Source: a virus
Lineage: Duplodnaviria > Caudoviricetes
Length of the DNA: 64,000 bases
Virus record (IMG/VR): IMGVR_UViG_3300028410_000746
Direction: 5' to 3' (one strand)
Below the pieces are notes generated by a model. The model did not search any database and had not been told where the DNA came from. It worked only from the letters and a program-made list of their open reading frames with translations. A program made the translations under genes and the position numbers. Below are positions 45,207-55,364 of this stretch, piece by piece (the first letter of the stretch is position 1; every line of letters begins with the position of its first letter).

Positions 45207-48200
45207 TCAGGTGATCCAGTGCACGCTGGTCTCGATGAAGATGTCACCGGTAGAAGCGCCCTCGTTGAACTGAGTACCTCCCGAAGCCGGACGCACGAGC
45301 ACGTTGGCGACCTGGACGTTGTTCGTGAACGCCGCCAGGATCACCGCGTCACTGGTCGGAGAGCTGAAGGGGTACCCCTCCATCTGTCCACCCGTAATGC
45401 TCAGGTTCGCGTTCGTCCCGACCCCGGTGTTGTTGGTCTCCACAGCGGCGGTGCCACCTCCAGCTCCACGGAAGTAGCAGCCGGTGATGTTCACGCCGTC
45501 CATGAGACCGTCAACGTAGATGCCAGCTCCCACCGTATGCACGATCTGACAGCCCGTGATCACTGCCTGAGGCTCGTCTGCGAATCCTCCGTCCGTAGAC
45601 TCACGAATCCGGATGGTCGCCGTGGCTCCCGCTACCGCGTTGGTAAGCTGAGTACCCGTGATGCGTACGAACCCGCCCTCAACGTCCACGACCTCTGCGA
45701 GACCCGTGGCCCCTCGAAGCTGGCAGTTGCTGATCTGGAGCTGCGAACCGTTGGAATCCTGGAACGCGCGGATACGGCCCTCAATCGTGGAGTTGTCCAG
45801 GAACATGCGGCCCGCGTCGAGCGTGATCCGGCAGGACTCGCCCACTCCCGCGATTACGCCTTGAGCGATCTGCTCCTCAGTCAAGCCCGCGACGAACTTG
45901 CAGTCCGAGATGCGAAGCACCGTCCGGCTTGACGTGGAGCCACCCGAGATGCTCAGGTTGTTACCCGTACATCCCTGGAGAGTAAGCTCGCAACGATCTC
46001 CCAGGAGGAACGCATTGAGCGCGCTGCCTGCAAGCTGGTCGTCAATGAACTCACAGTCCGTGAACGACATGATCGCACCGTCGAGCCCGAAATTGCCGTC
46101 CACGATGCTGTTGGAGACGTCGTAGGTGAACTTGCACCCTCGCGCGCGCACACGCAGGGGAGCGATGAGGGTCGAGATGCCCTGCACGATCGAAGATGTT
46201 CCTCCATCAATCGTGCAGTCGCTCATGTCCACGTTCATGTTCACGATGCTCGTACCCGCCGCGCCGTCTCCGACGAGCCGGGAGTTGAAGCTGATGAACA
46301 CGCGCGTGTTGTTCATGGAGAAGCGTCCGTCCGCTCCCGAGAAATCGAACAGGTTGGTCGTGGGCCCCGTATCACTGCCACCCTGGAGCAGCGAGTCACG
46401 GATCACCATGCGGTTGTCACCGCTGACCCCAAACGTTACGAGACTTTGAGAGAACACGGAGACGAAGCGCACACGCTCAAAAACAGCCCTCGTATCCACC
46501 GAGAGGAACGTCGCGACCTGCTCGGGGACACCCAAGCTTTGCGCGAAGACGTCCAGGTCCCTCAAGGTCACATCGTCACTGCCCGCACCGAAGCTGCGGA
46601 AGATGTCAGGTGCCGTAGAGAGCGCCTGCGTGCCGAAGTTGTTCAGGATGAAACGGCCGTTACAGATCTCAACGTTCTGCGCGCCCTCATCGTTTGCGTT
46701 CGGGAGGTCGACGCTGCGACCCAGGACGAAGGGCCCAGTGCCCGCACCCCCCGTGTAGTTGGTGATCGTGAGGTCGTGACCTGCGAGGTCGAGCTTGATG
46801 TTAGAGGGGATGAAGACCTCATCCTCGCTGGCTCCACTAAGCGTGACGTCTTCCAGGAGACGGATCGTGAAGGCACCCAGCGGGTCCGGGTTGTTGTCCA
46901 CATCCTCCGGGTTGAGCAGCCCAACATAGGAGCACGCAGCGCGGAGGGTCTTGAACATCCCCTGAGCACCGACAGTCACTGCCGTGGTGTCGAGCACCGC
47001 AGACGAGAACCTGCGAAGGTCGTGCAGCTCCGAGACCGCAATAGACGCCCCGTCCCAGTCAACCTGAGCCAGGGGGATGCCCACGTTCGAGCCCCCCTCA
47101 AACGTCTCATCGAACGCGCCGTCAGTTGACACGATCGTCTCAACCTCCAAGGTGGTCACGTCAAAGTAGAAGAAGTACGTGCCGGCAGCCTCTCCCGTGA
47201 AGTCCAGGCTTGAGGCAACTCCGGTCGCAAACACGGACCCACCGCTGATCGCGAGGAGGGGATGCTTGACCACCACCTCGGTGACGTCTACCTGCGTCGC
47301 GGAAGCGAGCGAAGAGACTCCACCAGACACGACGAACTTCGGATACGCGAGGTTGCTCACCTGAGACGCGCCACGCAGGCTCGACTCATAAGGCACAGCG
47401 CGACCCGAGAGCGCACCTGAGATGCGCACGTCGGTCACGTCCGTCTCGATACCCTGGCTGGTCGTATCAAAGCTGAGCTGACGCTGGGGTGTGTTGGCGT
47501 AGCCCCACTCCTGTACGACCTGGATGGCGTCCACGACCGCGTTTGACGGGAAGCCAAGCGCCACGTGAGCGTTACCAAGACCAAAGTACAGCTCTCCAGT
47601 CGCCTGGATGCGTACACGATCTCCGGTCGCGTCTGTGATAGCCTCCGAATCGAAACGCTGAGGCGTCAACCCCAACGCGGTCTCGGCAGCGGTGTAGGCT
47701 GCCAGGAGGTCCCCGGCAAGATCTGCGGCCGAGGGCGCAGCTCCCGGTGCGATGGTGAACGAGAAGTCCACGCCGTTGGCCGTGATCTCGATGCCATCGT
47801 TGGTATCCAGGACCACGACGGGCCATATGCCATCGTTGGACGAGAGCGTCTGCTTGAGGCCCTCGCTCATACGCACGTCGTACAGGTTCGTACCGGAGAG
47901 CGTCGGACGAATCACCGTACCAGCCCTACGAAGCTCCGTATCGGCCAGACCCAGGGCCACGTCCGTGCGAACCGCTCGCGCCGACGTACGGTCACGTGAG
48001 AGCGACTCAAGGCGGACTCCCTGACCTCCGGCGAACGTCGAACCTGACTCCACCAGGAGACGCTCCTGTGGGGGCGTGTCATGGTAGATGTCGGCAGCCG
48101 ACGTGGAGGGCAAAGAGGCCTCCAGACCTCGCTCACCGACCTCCAGACGTACCTTTCGGTGACCACGGAACGCGTTGAGGCTCGGGTCGGTAGAGAAACC

Positions 48201-49565
48201 CTCGACCCCCTGAGCGACCTTGGGGAGTGTCTGCCCATCAAGTGCGGCAAAGACCGCGAAGAGACGCGGCGCGCCGTCGGCATCCACGTAGTTGTTGGGG
48301 TTGAGCTGCCCACCCGCTGCCGGGATCGGCGTAGAGAGACGCAACACGCCCTGAGGCCAGTCGACGAAGATCTGGTCGTCTCCCGCGCCGGCAGGGTCGA
48401 TGGTCAGGCCTTCCAGATCCGTAATCGGGTTTGAGAGGTCCGCCAGACCTCCCGCCGTGGCGGGATAAAGCGTGAGCCCGTAGCCCGGCGTGCCGGAGGT
48501 ACCTGAGAAGAGAGCCAGCGACGCAGCAACACCCTGTCCCACCATTTGAGGAGAGATCAGGCTCTTGACGCGGATCGTGTCCAGGATGTCTCCACCCTCG
48601 GCCTCGAACACGGAGTCTCCAAAGAACTCGGCGCGAGGGACAAAGGGGGCGCCTGCAAGCTCTCCCACCGTAAAGGCCTTCTGCACGGCGGAGGGCACTC
48701 CATCCTGTGCGCGCGGAAGCTCCACGCCAAAGAAGGGAGAGAGCACCACGTCCTCGACGTTGGTACCTCCCGGAGTGAAGGCCACGCTCTCCACGTAGTA
48801 GAACGCGCTGTTGTAGACGGCCCAATCACCCGCCGTGAAGGTCTGAGCGTCCGTATGCTCCGCGACCACGTTGAGACGACCCTCGGCCGTGATCGTGGCG
48901 GTTGCAGACGAGCTATCCATGGAGACCGAAGAGATCCTCACGGGCCACGAGTTCGGCTTACGTGCGAGGTACACCCGCGAAGCCGTCTCATCGCGGCCCG
49001 GCCACGGGAGCAGCTCGACGGGCTGAGCGATCACGACCTGCCAGTACACGTCATTGAGCGTACCCAGGACCGAGCTGTAGATGCGGTCGAGCGTGAGGTC
49101 TCCGCCCACGACGTTGGTGATCTCATAGGTGCCGACAACGGCCGACGCACTTGAGATGTTGGCGACGTTGGAGACCACCAGACGCAGGTTGGCCAGACCA
49201 AAGGTACCCGTAAGGTAGGTCATGTCTGCCAGATTCGTATTGAACAGGGACGAGCCGTTGTTGAGCGTACCCTCGGTACCCTCTGCGACCACGCGCGCGC
49301 CAAACACCTGCACCTGCTGGACCAGACGACGGTGACGCCTTGGTGCCGTGGCCGGTGCGGACTGAGCAAAGAGGGCGTAGTCGTCTACATCCCCCAGGAA
49401 GCGCACGTCGGCGCTCGCTCCCAGGAGGTCGCCAAGGTCATGAAGCGCGGGTGCGGGGATAGCTCCCGACATGAGCGGCTCATCACGAACGCTCAATGCG
49501 TCGTCTGTGCTCGTCTTGCCTTCAAGGGCCTTGCGAATGATGTCGTCGTTGAGGCTGCTAGACAT
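45207..49565 (-). CDS. Tailspike/fibre with C-terminal right-handed beta-helix (pectin-lyase-like)
   Basis: 1452 aa; TVGAQGMFKTL cap followed by many I/V-x-x-C-x-F/I repeats. Confidence 0.75.
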   Translation of the reverse strand: MSSSLNDDIIRKALEGKTSTDDALSVRDEPLMSGAIPAPALHDLGDLLGASADVRFLGDVDDYALFAQSAPATAPRRHRRLVQQVQVFGARVVAEGTEGTLNNGSSLFNTNLADMTYLTGTFGLANLRLVVSNVANISSASAVVGTYEITNVVGGDLTLDRIYSSVLGTLNDVYWQVVIAQPVELLPWPGRDETASRVYLARKPNSWPVRISSVSMDSSSATATITAEGRLNVVAEHTDAQTFTAGDWAVYNSAFYYVESVAFTPGGTNVEDVVLSPFFGVELPRAQDGVPSAVQKAFTVGELAGAPFVPRAEFFGDSVFEAEGGDILDTIRVKSLISPQMVGQGVAASLALFSGTSGTPGYGLTLYPATAGGLADLSNPITDLEGLTIDPAGAGDDQIFVDWPQGVLRLSTPIPAAGGQLNPNNYVDADGAPRLFAVFAALDGQTLPKVAQGVEGFSTDPSLNAFRGHRKVRLEVGERGLEASLPSTSAADIYHDTPPQERLLVESGSTFAGGQGVRLESLSRDRTSARAVRTDVALGLADTELRRAGTVIRPTLSGTNLYDVRMSEGLKQTLSSNDGIWPVVVLDTNDGIEITANGVDFSFTIAPGAAPSAADLAGDLLAAYTAAETALGLTPQRFDSEAITDATGDRVRIQATGELYFGLGNAHVALGFPSNAVVDAIQVVQEWGYANTPQRQLSFDTTSQGIETDVTDVRISGALSGRAVPYESSLRGASQVSNLAYPKFVVSGGVSSLASATQVDVTEVVVKHPLLAISGGSVFATGVASSLDFTGEAAGTYFFYFDVTTLEVETIVSTDGAFDETFEGGSNVGIPLAQVDWDGASIAVSELHDLRRFSSAVLDTTAVTVGAQGMFKTLRAACSYVGLLNPEDVDNNPDPLGAFTIRLLEDVTLSGASEDEVFIPSNIKLDLAGHDLTITNYTGGAGTGPFVLGRSVDLPNANDEGAQNVEICNGRFILNNFGTQALSTAPDIFRSFGAGSDDVTLRDLDVFAQSLGVPEQVATFLSVDTRAVFERVRFVSVFSQSLVTFGVSGDNRMVIRDSLLQGGSDTGPTTNLFDFSGADGRFSMNNTRVFISFNSRLVGDGAAGTSIVNMNVDMSDCTIDGGTSSIVQGISTLIAPLRVRARGCKFTYDVSNSIVDGNFGLDGAIMSFTDCEFIDDQLAGSALNAFLLGDRCELTLQGCTGNNLSISGGSTSSRTVLRISDCKFVAGLTEEQIAQGVIAGVGESCRITLDAGRMFLDNSTIEGRIRAFQDSNGSQLQISNCQLRGATGLAEVVDVEGGFVRITGTQLTNAVAGATATIRIRESTDGGFADEPQAVITGCQIVHTVGAGIYVDGLMDGVNITGCYFRGAGGGTAAVETNNTGVGTNANLSITGGQMEGYPFSSPTSDAVILAAFTNNVQVANVLVRPASGGTQFNEGASTGDIFIETSVHWIT

Positions 49566-51542
49566 TTATCCCTCGATCAGTTCAATCTTGTAGAGCGCAA
49601 AGTCGCCACCTGTGGCGGCCGTCGAAGCATCTTCGATTCCAACCGCGAAGAAATACGAGTACAAGCCCGTCGCAGCGTTGAGCAGCGGGTACGAACCCAT
49701 GCGGAGCGTAAAGAGCACCGAATTGGCCGACTCTACCACGTAGTCTACAAGGGCACCACCGAGTTCCACGGACTGACCCACGTTTACGATGTTGGGCCCC
49801 GCGAAGAAAGACATCACCACACCAGAGGGTGAGTACGTCTCACGGCCCACGATCAGCAAGTCCTCACTCAAGTCCGCAGCGCCCGCCGTCGGGTTCCCGA
49901 CCACTCGAAGCTGGAAGTCCCTGGAAGGGGTCAGCATGCCAAAGGCTCGCAGGTAGTTTCGGTTGCCCGAAGCACCTGAATAGTTCGGCTGGGAGTTGCC
50001 ACCTGGAAGGTTAGGGAGGTGGTTAGTCGTGTAATCCGTGTCCGGGTACGCCAGCTCGCCACCCAGGCCCGTGATCCCCGCAGGAACGGGATGGCCCGAG
50101 GAGATGCCTCGAACCTGTAGCTCGGTAGCTCCCAGCGCAGCGGTGGGGTCAAAGGTGGACGAGGTGCCGCGAGGGTCGGGCGCGGAGGCGTTAGCCAGAT
50201 CAGCTCCCGAGTACCTCGTGACCTCATCCGCGAAGTTCTCCACCTGAGACCTACCCGCTGATGGAACATCTCCCGGCACTTGGTAGCCTGCCGCCGTGTG
50301 GACCAGCAACACGTTCGTGTCGGAGTTGGCTTGCGTGTCCTGACGACCAAAGGGGTCCGTCGCCTGGAGAGCTGGAGACCCTGCGAGCACCAGTCCCCCG
50401 GCGTCCGGGTTCAGGAACAGGCCCGCAGAAGCGTCGGAGCCCACCAGGATGGGGTTAGGCGAATAGTCGGTGTACGTCGGAGTCTGGACGGCGCCCTCGG
50501 TGTACTCAAGCGTGAGAGCCTCCTCAAGGAAGGAGTCCGCGTAGACACCCGTGACTTCGGCATCCCAGGCGAAGTCGTCCACCGGCCCATAGTACGTGAC
50601 GCCGCTGAGCACGCGCGGAGTCCCCTCTGCCGTGTCGAGTACGTTGTCCGGGGCCAGCGTGTGCGAGTTGATCACAACCGTGGTAGCCGTGTCCGCGTCA
50701 CGATAGAGCGTCTCGGGGAAGAGCTGGAAGTCCGCGAAGGACTCATAGGGGGCCGCCACCTTGTCCGCGAAGTAATCTGCCGAGGAGCGGTAATGTACCA
50801 GCTCCAACGCGCCGAGATCCCCGGAGGAGAGACCGGTATCTACCGAGATCACCACGCGCGCGATCTGGTATCCCGCATAAGCGACCGCAGCCGCATCATA
50901 CACCGGATCAGGTCCCGCGCCGAGGAAGGCGAAGCTTGCGCGCGTGTATGAGGTGAGCTGTGGGAGCCGGTCTGTCAAGGCGAAGCCAAGAGGGAGGCCG
51001 TCTACTGCCGCCTCGGCTCCGGGAATGAGCAGATCGTTTTGACCGACTACACGAGCCGGGACCGCAGAAGCCTCCGGTTCCCCCTCGGTGAAGACGTTTG
51101 AGAGGTTGATGGCCTGCACCACCACACCATCCAGCTTGACCGCGAGCACGCCTCGATCTGCCGGGTAGAGGATACCCGAGATCTCAAGCGCGTCCACGTT
51201 GATCACGCGGGCAAGGGTCCCTGTGGCGGTACCATCCGGGAAACGCCCAAGGACCGGCTCGGGAGAGTAGGACAGGGTAGACGGGTTGAGCGCGTTCAAG
51301 CTCTCATCAAGGCGATTAGGGCGAGGCTGGGGCGCCAGCTCGTTGATCACGTTGAGGTTGGTCTGGACATCTTGCCCCCCAAGGAGGGGAAGCTCGTCCG
51401 AACGTACGTTCTCCGCCAGGATGTCGGGCTGAAGGGCCGGGTCACCGGTGGCCGTGAAGTTGAGCGACGAAGCCGTGACCGACCCCTGACCGGCACGACC
51501 GGACCCTACGACGATCTGAGTTGGGTCTGTATTACGAGGCAT
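49566..51542 (-). CDS. Tail structural protein
   Basis: 658 aa, Gly/Ala/Thr/Asp-rich, inside the tail operon. Confidence 0.7.
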   Translation of the reverse strand: MPRNTDPTQIVVGSGRAGQGSVTASSLNFTATGDPALQPDILAENVRSDELPLLGGQDVQTNLNVINELAPQPRPNRLDESLNALNPSTLSYSPEPVLGRFPDGTATGTLARVINVDALEISGILYPADRGVLAVKLDGVVVQAINLSNVFTEGEPEASAVPARVVGQNDLLIPGAEAAVDGLPLGFALTDRLPQLTSYTRASFAFLGAGPDPVYDAAAVAYAGYQIARVVISVDTGLSSGDLGALELVHYRSSADYFADKVAAPYESFADFQLFPETLYRDADTATTVVINSHTLAPDNVLDTAEGTPRVLSGVTYYGPVDDFAWDAEVTGVYADSFLEEALTLEYTEGAVQTPTYTDYSPNPILVGSDASAGLFLNPDAGGLVLAGSPALQATDPFGRQDTQANSDTNVLLVHTAAGYQVPGDVPSAGRSQVENFADEVTRYSGADLANASAPDPRGTSSTFDPTAALGATELQVRGISSGHPVPAGITGLGGELAYPDTDYTTNHLPNLPGGNSQPNYSGASGNRNYLRAFGMLTPSRDFQLRVVGNPTAGAADLSEDLLIVGRETYSPSGVVMSFFAGPNIVNVGQSVELGGALVDYVVESANSVLFTLRMGSYPLLNAATGLYSYFFAVGIEDASTAATGGDFALYKIELIEG

Positions 51543-51554
51543 GAGAGGCTCCTA

Positions 51555-54131
51555 TCAGGTCAGGGGGTTGCCCTTGAGGCGGTAGACTGCGGCACAGGTG
51601 GTGTTGCTCGTATCAGCAAAGCCTACGCGGTTCTGAGCGCTCGCCTGCACGTAGTCAGCGACCACCACGAGCACAAGAGAGCCTTGACGTGCGAAGTCCG
51701 TCTCCTGCTCAATACGGCCGATGAAGGCGATGAACATCTTGTGCTCACTGATCGCAGACAGCGACTGGGCGAGGGCTGCCGGGCGATAAGCCGTCAGGTC
51801 CACGCTCGTGTAATGGTCAAGGAACTCGGCGTTCTCGGTGGTGACGTTGATCGGATCTCGGAAGGTGAACGACTCGACCGGGACCAGAGGCACCAGCGTG
51901 TTCAGCTCCACAAAGCCCGTCGTCGCGTCGAAGTCATCAATCGAGATGGGCCCCGGCGCGCTAAGCTCGGCCTCCGAATCATACGGAGCGTCCACGTGCA
52001 CCGGGATCTGAGCCATCGGCGCTTCGTACGGGTAACTCGTCAAAGGAGACCCGGACCCCGTAGTCCCCACGCGCATGCGGGGCGAGATCGCGAGAGGCTT
52101 GACCACCAAGTCGTTGTTGGGCGTGACGTTCTGGAGGAACTCGAACTGAATCGTCTGCACCGAATGCGTCAAGTAGTAGAGCGTGATCGGTGTACCGTTG
52201 GTCGAGAACGCGCGCGCCGGGAAGAACGTGACATCCACCTCCTCATCCGGATTGGGCAGGACGCCACTAATACCTACCTGACGTCCCGCCGTCCTCGACG
52301 CATCCACGACGTAGACCGGACCTCCGCCCGTACCCTGAACCGAGACCACACCATTGGTCGAACCTCCAGCCGCCTCATAGAGGAACTCAGGCAAGATCAC
52401 CGTGGTCGTGTCGCTGGCGAACACCGTGAGGGTCACGGCGGCGTCCGTCGTATAGGTTGCCGAAACCTCTCGATGCGGGCCGTCCTCATAGTCGACCTGG
52501 AGGTAGGGACGAATCGCCGCCTGCCCCGCTGCGTTGTTCGTGAAGACGACCCCAATTGCACCGTTGAAGGCGGTGGGGTCGTGCACCGTAGCCACGAAGT
52601 TCGAGGGCACGCCGTCAACGTGTGCGTTAAGCCCAGCTCCCACGGGGTAGAGGACCTCGAAGGTTACCCAAAGGTCTGCCGTCGATGCCACGGTAGGAGG
52701 CGCCCCCAGGGTCACCTCGACCGTCTGTGTACCCAGGCCCGTGATCTGCTCGAAGACGTAAGGCTGCGTGCCCGTCGTGGGGCCCGCCTCATTGAGGGTG
52801 ACCTCCAGGACATCTATGATCACCGTACCGGCCGGCTGCTCATCCGAGAGAGGCTGACCCAGGGTCGAGTTGGCGGTCAGGTCAAGGGCCACCGTATCTC
52901 CCGCCGTCCAGGTCCCGCCAGGAGGCGCAAAGACGACCACGTGCTGCTGCGCCACGGGTCGGTCCGAATAGATCGTACGGATACCGTCCGGAGAGCCGAA
53001 GGTGTTACCCGAAGACGGGTCCGACGGGATCGCCGTTGAGGGGATGAGGTCGTCAGCCTTGAGAACTTGCGTACCTGCCAGCTCCGAGCCTCCCACGTAG
53101 AAGCCCGTGCTCGCAGTGTTCGTGGCCCACGTACGCAGGTTGTGGTCCATCAAGAGGCCCAGTGAGCGTTCTACCTCGTGCCCAAGGTCAAACCCCGTAA
53201 ACGAGACGCGGTTTCGCATATCCTGGAGGTCACCAAAGACGACCTCATCAGAGTAGCGGCCATCCGGACGGTCTGGGGTCCCCGAGACGATCTGAGAGCC
53301 CCCGTTACCATTGCCCGTGAGGTCGAAGGGCTGCGTGTTGAGGCGGTAGACCAGGGTGATGGGGATCGAGTAAACGTAGCCATCGGTCGTGCCGAGAGCG
53401 TTTGCCGGGTCACCGTCTCCAGCGCGCCACAGTCCCGCATCACCATCTACCCCGGTGTACGCGAAGGCGGACAGGGCGCCCAGAGGACCCTGTGCAAAGA
53501 CGTTAGCGTCCGTGTAACCCAGCTTGTTTGCCGTGGAGGAGAGACGCTGTGAGGTGATCCTGTACTGAATCTGGACCCGACGTGTCGTCTCGGTGTTGAT
53601 CACGGGATCTGTATCAATCAGATCGTCTGTGAGCCACGTCGCAGCCAAGGCCTCAACGTTGCCGTTCGGGTAGACCTGAGTGGCGCTTGGCTTGTTGTCG
53701 GTCGAAGGATTGGGAGCGACCACCGCGCGCCATACCTCAAGATACACGAAGTCTACGGCAATGGTGCCCGCTGAAGCAGGAGGAGCTGCCAGCGTGATCA
53801 CGTTCTCGGAGGCGGTGTCCGTGCCCGTGTACTCCAGGGGGAGGACCCAGCCGTTGACGTGCACCACGGGGCGGTTGATCAGGTGCAGGGTGTTCGACTC
53901 GGTGCGGAAGTCAAAGGACGCGTTCGTGTCAGACTCGAAGTCTCCGGTCAAGAACCCCGAGGGGGTCTGCTGGCGGAGTACTTCGCGAGCCTTGTGCGAC
54001 GCGATGTCCTGGTTGAGAATCAGCTCGCTGTCGAGCACCCCCTTTCCCTTCTGGAAGACCACCACGTCATACCCCGTCCCCTCAGGGTCGAGGAATCGGC
54101 TCACGCCTGTGCCATAATCGTTATCAGCCAT
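51555..54131 (-). CDS. Tail/baseplate structural protein, paralogue of 40076-44500
   Basis: N-terminal VFQKGKGVLDSELIL; shared VYLEVW, ETTRRVQIQYR and GLWRAGDGD...LGT.DGYVY.IP motifs. Confidence 0.75.
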   Translation of the reverse strand: MADNDYGTGVSRFLDPEGTGYDVVVFQKGKGVLDSELILNQDIASHKAREVLRQQTPSGFLTGDFESDTNASFDFRTESNTLHLINRPVVHVNGWVLPLEYTGTDTASENVITLAAPPASAGTIAVDFVYLEVWRAVVAPNPSTDNKPSATQVYPNGNVEALAATWLTDDLIDTDPVINTETTRRVQIQYRITSQRLSSTANKLGYTDANVFAQGPLGALSAFAYTGVDGDAGLWRAGDGDPANALGTTDGYVYSIPITLVYRLNTQPFDLTGNGNGGSQIVSGTPDRPDGRYSDEVVFGDLQDMRNRVSFTGFDLGHEVERSLGLLMDHNLRTWATNTASTGFYVGGSELAGTQVLKADDLIPSTAIPSDPSSGNTFGSPDGIRTIYSDRPVAQQHVVVFAPPGGTWTAGDTVALDLTANSTLGQPLSDEQPAGTVIIDVLEVTLNEAGPTTGTQPYVFEQITGLGTQTVEVTLGAPPTVASTADLWVTFEVLYPVGAGLNAHVDGVPSNFVATVHDPTAFNGAIGVVFTNNAAGQAAIRPYLQVDYEDGPHREVSATYTTDAAVTLTVFASDTTTVILPEFLYEAAGGSTNGVVSVQGTGGGPVYVVDASRTAGRQVGISGVLPNPDEEVDVTFFPARAFSTNGTPITLYYLTHSVQTIQFEFLQNVTPNNDLVVKPLAISPRMRVGTTGSGSPLTSYPYEAPMAQIPVHVDAPYDSEAELSAPGPISIDDFDATTGFVELNTLVPLVPVESFTFRDPINVTTENAEFLDHYTSVDLTAYRPAALAQSLSAISEHKMFIAFIGRIEQETDFARQGSLVLVVVADYVQASAQNRVGFADTSNTTCAAVYRLKGNPLT

Positions 54132-54170
54132 GTGTCGTCACCCGTGTATCAGGACCATCAGAGGAGGGAA

Positions 54171-54821
54171 TCAAAACGTCAGCCGCCACGTCAGCGTGAG
54201 CCGCGCCGTGGCCGGCTTGTTGATCACGGGGAACGTCAGATAGTTGCACAACATATCACTCCCCGTCACGTCGACGGCCGCATCATACGCCCCGTTGGCC
54301 GGAAGGATCGGGTTGGTCACGGAGAGGTCCTCGTTTACGTCACCACCAATCAGCCCCATCTCCACGAGCGTACCGACCGCCTCACTTTGAGCGAACGTCG
54401 CCGTGAAGTCGATCACGTTGGTAGGGTAGAGAACCGGTGATCCGCCCGAATCTACAAAAGTCGTGGACGAGAAGGTCTTGCGTGACAGCTCCGAGTAGAG
54501 GGAGCGCTGCGTGTTCGTCTCGGCGGGAGGGTTCTGGAGATCCCAGCCCACATCTCCCGTGCCAATCGCCAGCGCGTAGATGCCGTGGCGGGGCTCCAGG
54601 GGGTTGACCGCCAACCGCGCCAGAAGAAGGCTCAGGTCGAGCGTGACCACGTTGTGCACCTCGAAGGTCTCCACGCGGCCGTCGTCATGCTCCAGGCGAA
54701 AGAACACATTTCCACGGATACCCTGCTTACGCTTGCCGAGGTATCGGTCCTCATAAAGAGAGCCGAGCGCGGACCGCGCCGAAGCGACCAGGGCACGGAG
54801 CTTGTCTTGGTAGGTGGGCAT
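54171..54821 (-). CDS. Tail-collar/fibre-attachment-like protein
   Basis: NVV...LLARL..AIGTG...EL.RK...EAVG.L.EMGL...INK...LTLTWRLTF pattern; GAGG RBS before ATG 54821. Confidence 0.7.
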   Translation of the reverse strand: MPTYQDKLRALVASARSALGSLYEDRYLGKRKQGIRGNVFFRLEHDDGRVETFEVHNVVTLDLSLLLARLAVNPLEPRHGIYALAIGTGDVGWDLQNPPAETNTQRSLYSELSRKTFSSTTFVDSGGSPVLYPTNVIDFTATFAQSEAVGTLVEMGLIGGDVNEDLSVTNPILPANGAYDAAVDVTGSDMLCNYLTFPVINKPATARLTLTWRLTF

Positions 54822-54839
54822 GGCGACAATGACCTCAAA

Positions 54840-54879
54840 TGTAAGAGACTCGGGGCGGTTACACTCCGAGTCTCTTACA
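54840..54879 (-). terminator. 14-bp perfect hairpin downstream of CRISPR array 2 (possible pre-crRNA terminator)
   Basis: TGTAAGAGACTCGG / CCGAGTCTCTTACA followed by TTT on the minus strand. Confidence 0.55.
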
Positions 54880-54971
54880 AGTGAATTAGAGAAGCCCCTA
54901 CGCCGACGGCTCAAGCACCTCCGCGATACATTCGCAAAGGTCGTCACAGAAGACCGGCCCCCCGTCCTGCG

Positions 54972-55364
54972 GGAACATCCCCACGTGCGTGGGGAAGGGA
55001 CCTGATGCCCGCGCGTCATGATCTCGGCCACGGGGACATCCCCGCGTGTGCGGGGAAGGGTCGTGTGCCCCCTTCGCGAAGGTCTTTCCGACGGGGACAT
55101 CCCCGCGTACACGGGGAGGGGCTAGCGGCCTCACCCGCGCCCGTTGAATGGACGGGAACATCCCCGCGTGTGCGGGGAGGGGCTCTAGGATACTATGATA
55201 CTTCTTTTCAAAGTGGGAACATCCCCGCGTGTGCGGGGAGGGGGTGCCTGCGGCTCCCGCGAGGCTGACGAAGCTGGGGACATCCCCGCGTACACGGGGA
55301 GGGGGACGGCTCGACCGGGACAGCCTCCGGGACCGGGGGACATCCCCGCGTACACGGGGAGGGG
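54972..55364 (-). CRISPR. CRISPR array 2, type I-E-like: 7 repeats (mostly CCCCTCCCCG[CT][AG][CT]ACGCGGGGATGT[TC]CC) and 6 spacers of 32-33 bp
   Basis: Repeats at 54972, 55033, 55094, 55155, 55216, 55277 and 55337; 61-bp period; inverted relative to array 1. Confidence 0.96.

Noticed and set aside
21271-53039. Long plus-strand ORFs such as 21271-22329, 25073-26476, 27473-28468, 34189-35145 and 51372-53039
   Set aside because: Antisense shadows of well-supported minus-strand genes in high-GC DNA, with no motifs or RBS.
1572-54865. GCGGTTAY motif as a late promoter (1572, 4913, 54855)
   Set aside because: Orientation relative to downstream genes is inconsistent; the 1572 copy is explained as part of the array-1 promoter.
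1741-55336. Self-targeting spacers
   Set aside because: Only 9-13-bp partial matches were seen (for example CCTCCAGGATCTC near 21483 and CATGTAGCA near 39), which is chance level. An exhaustive alignment was not possible.
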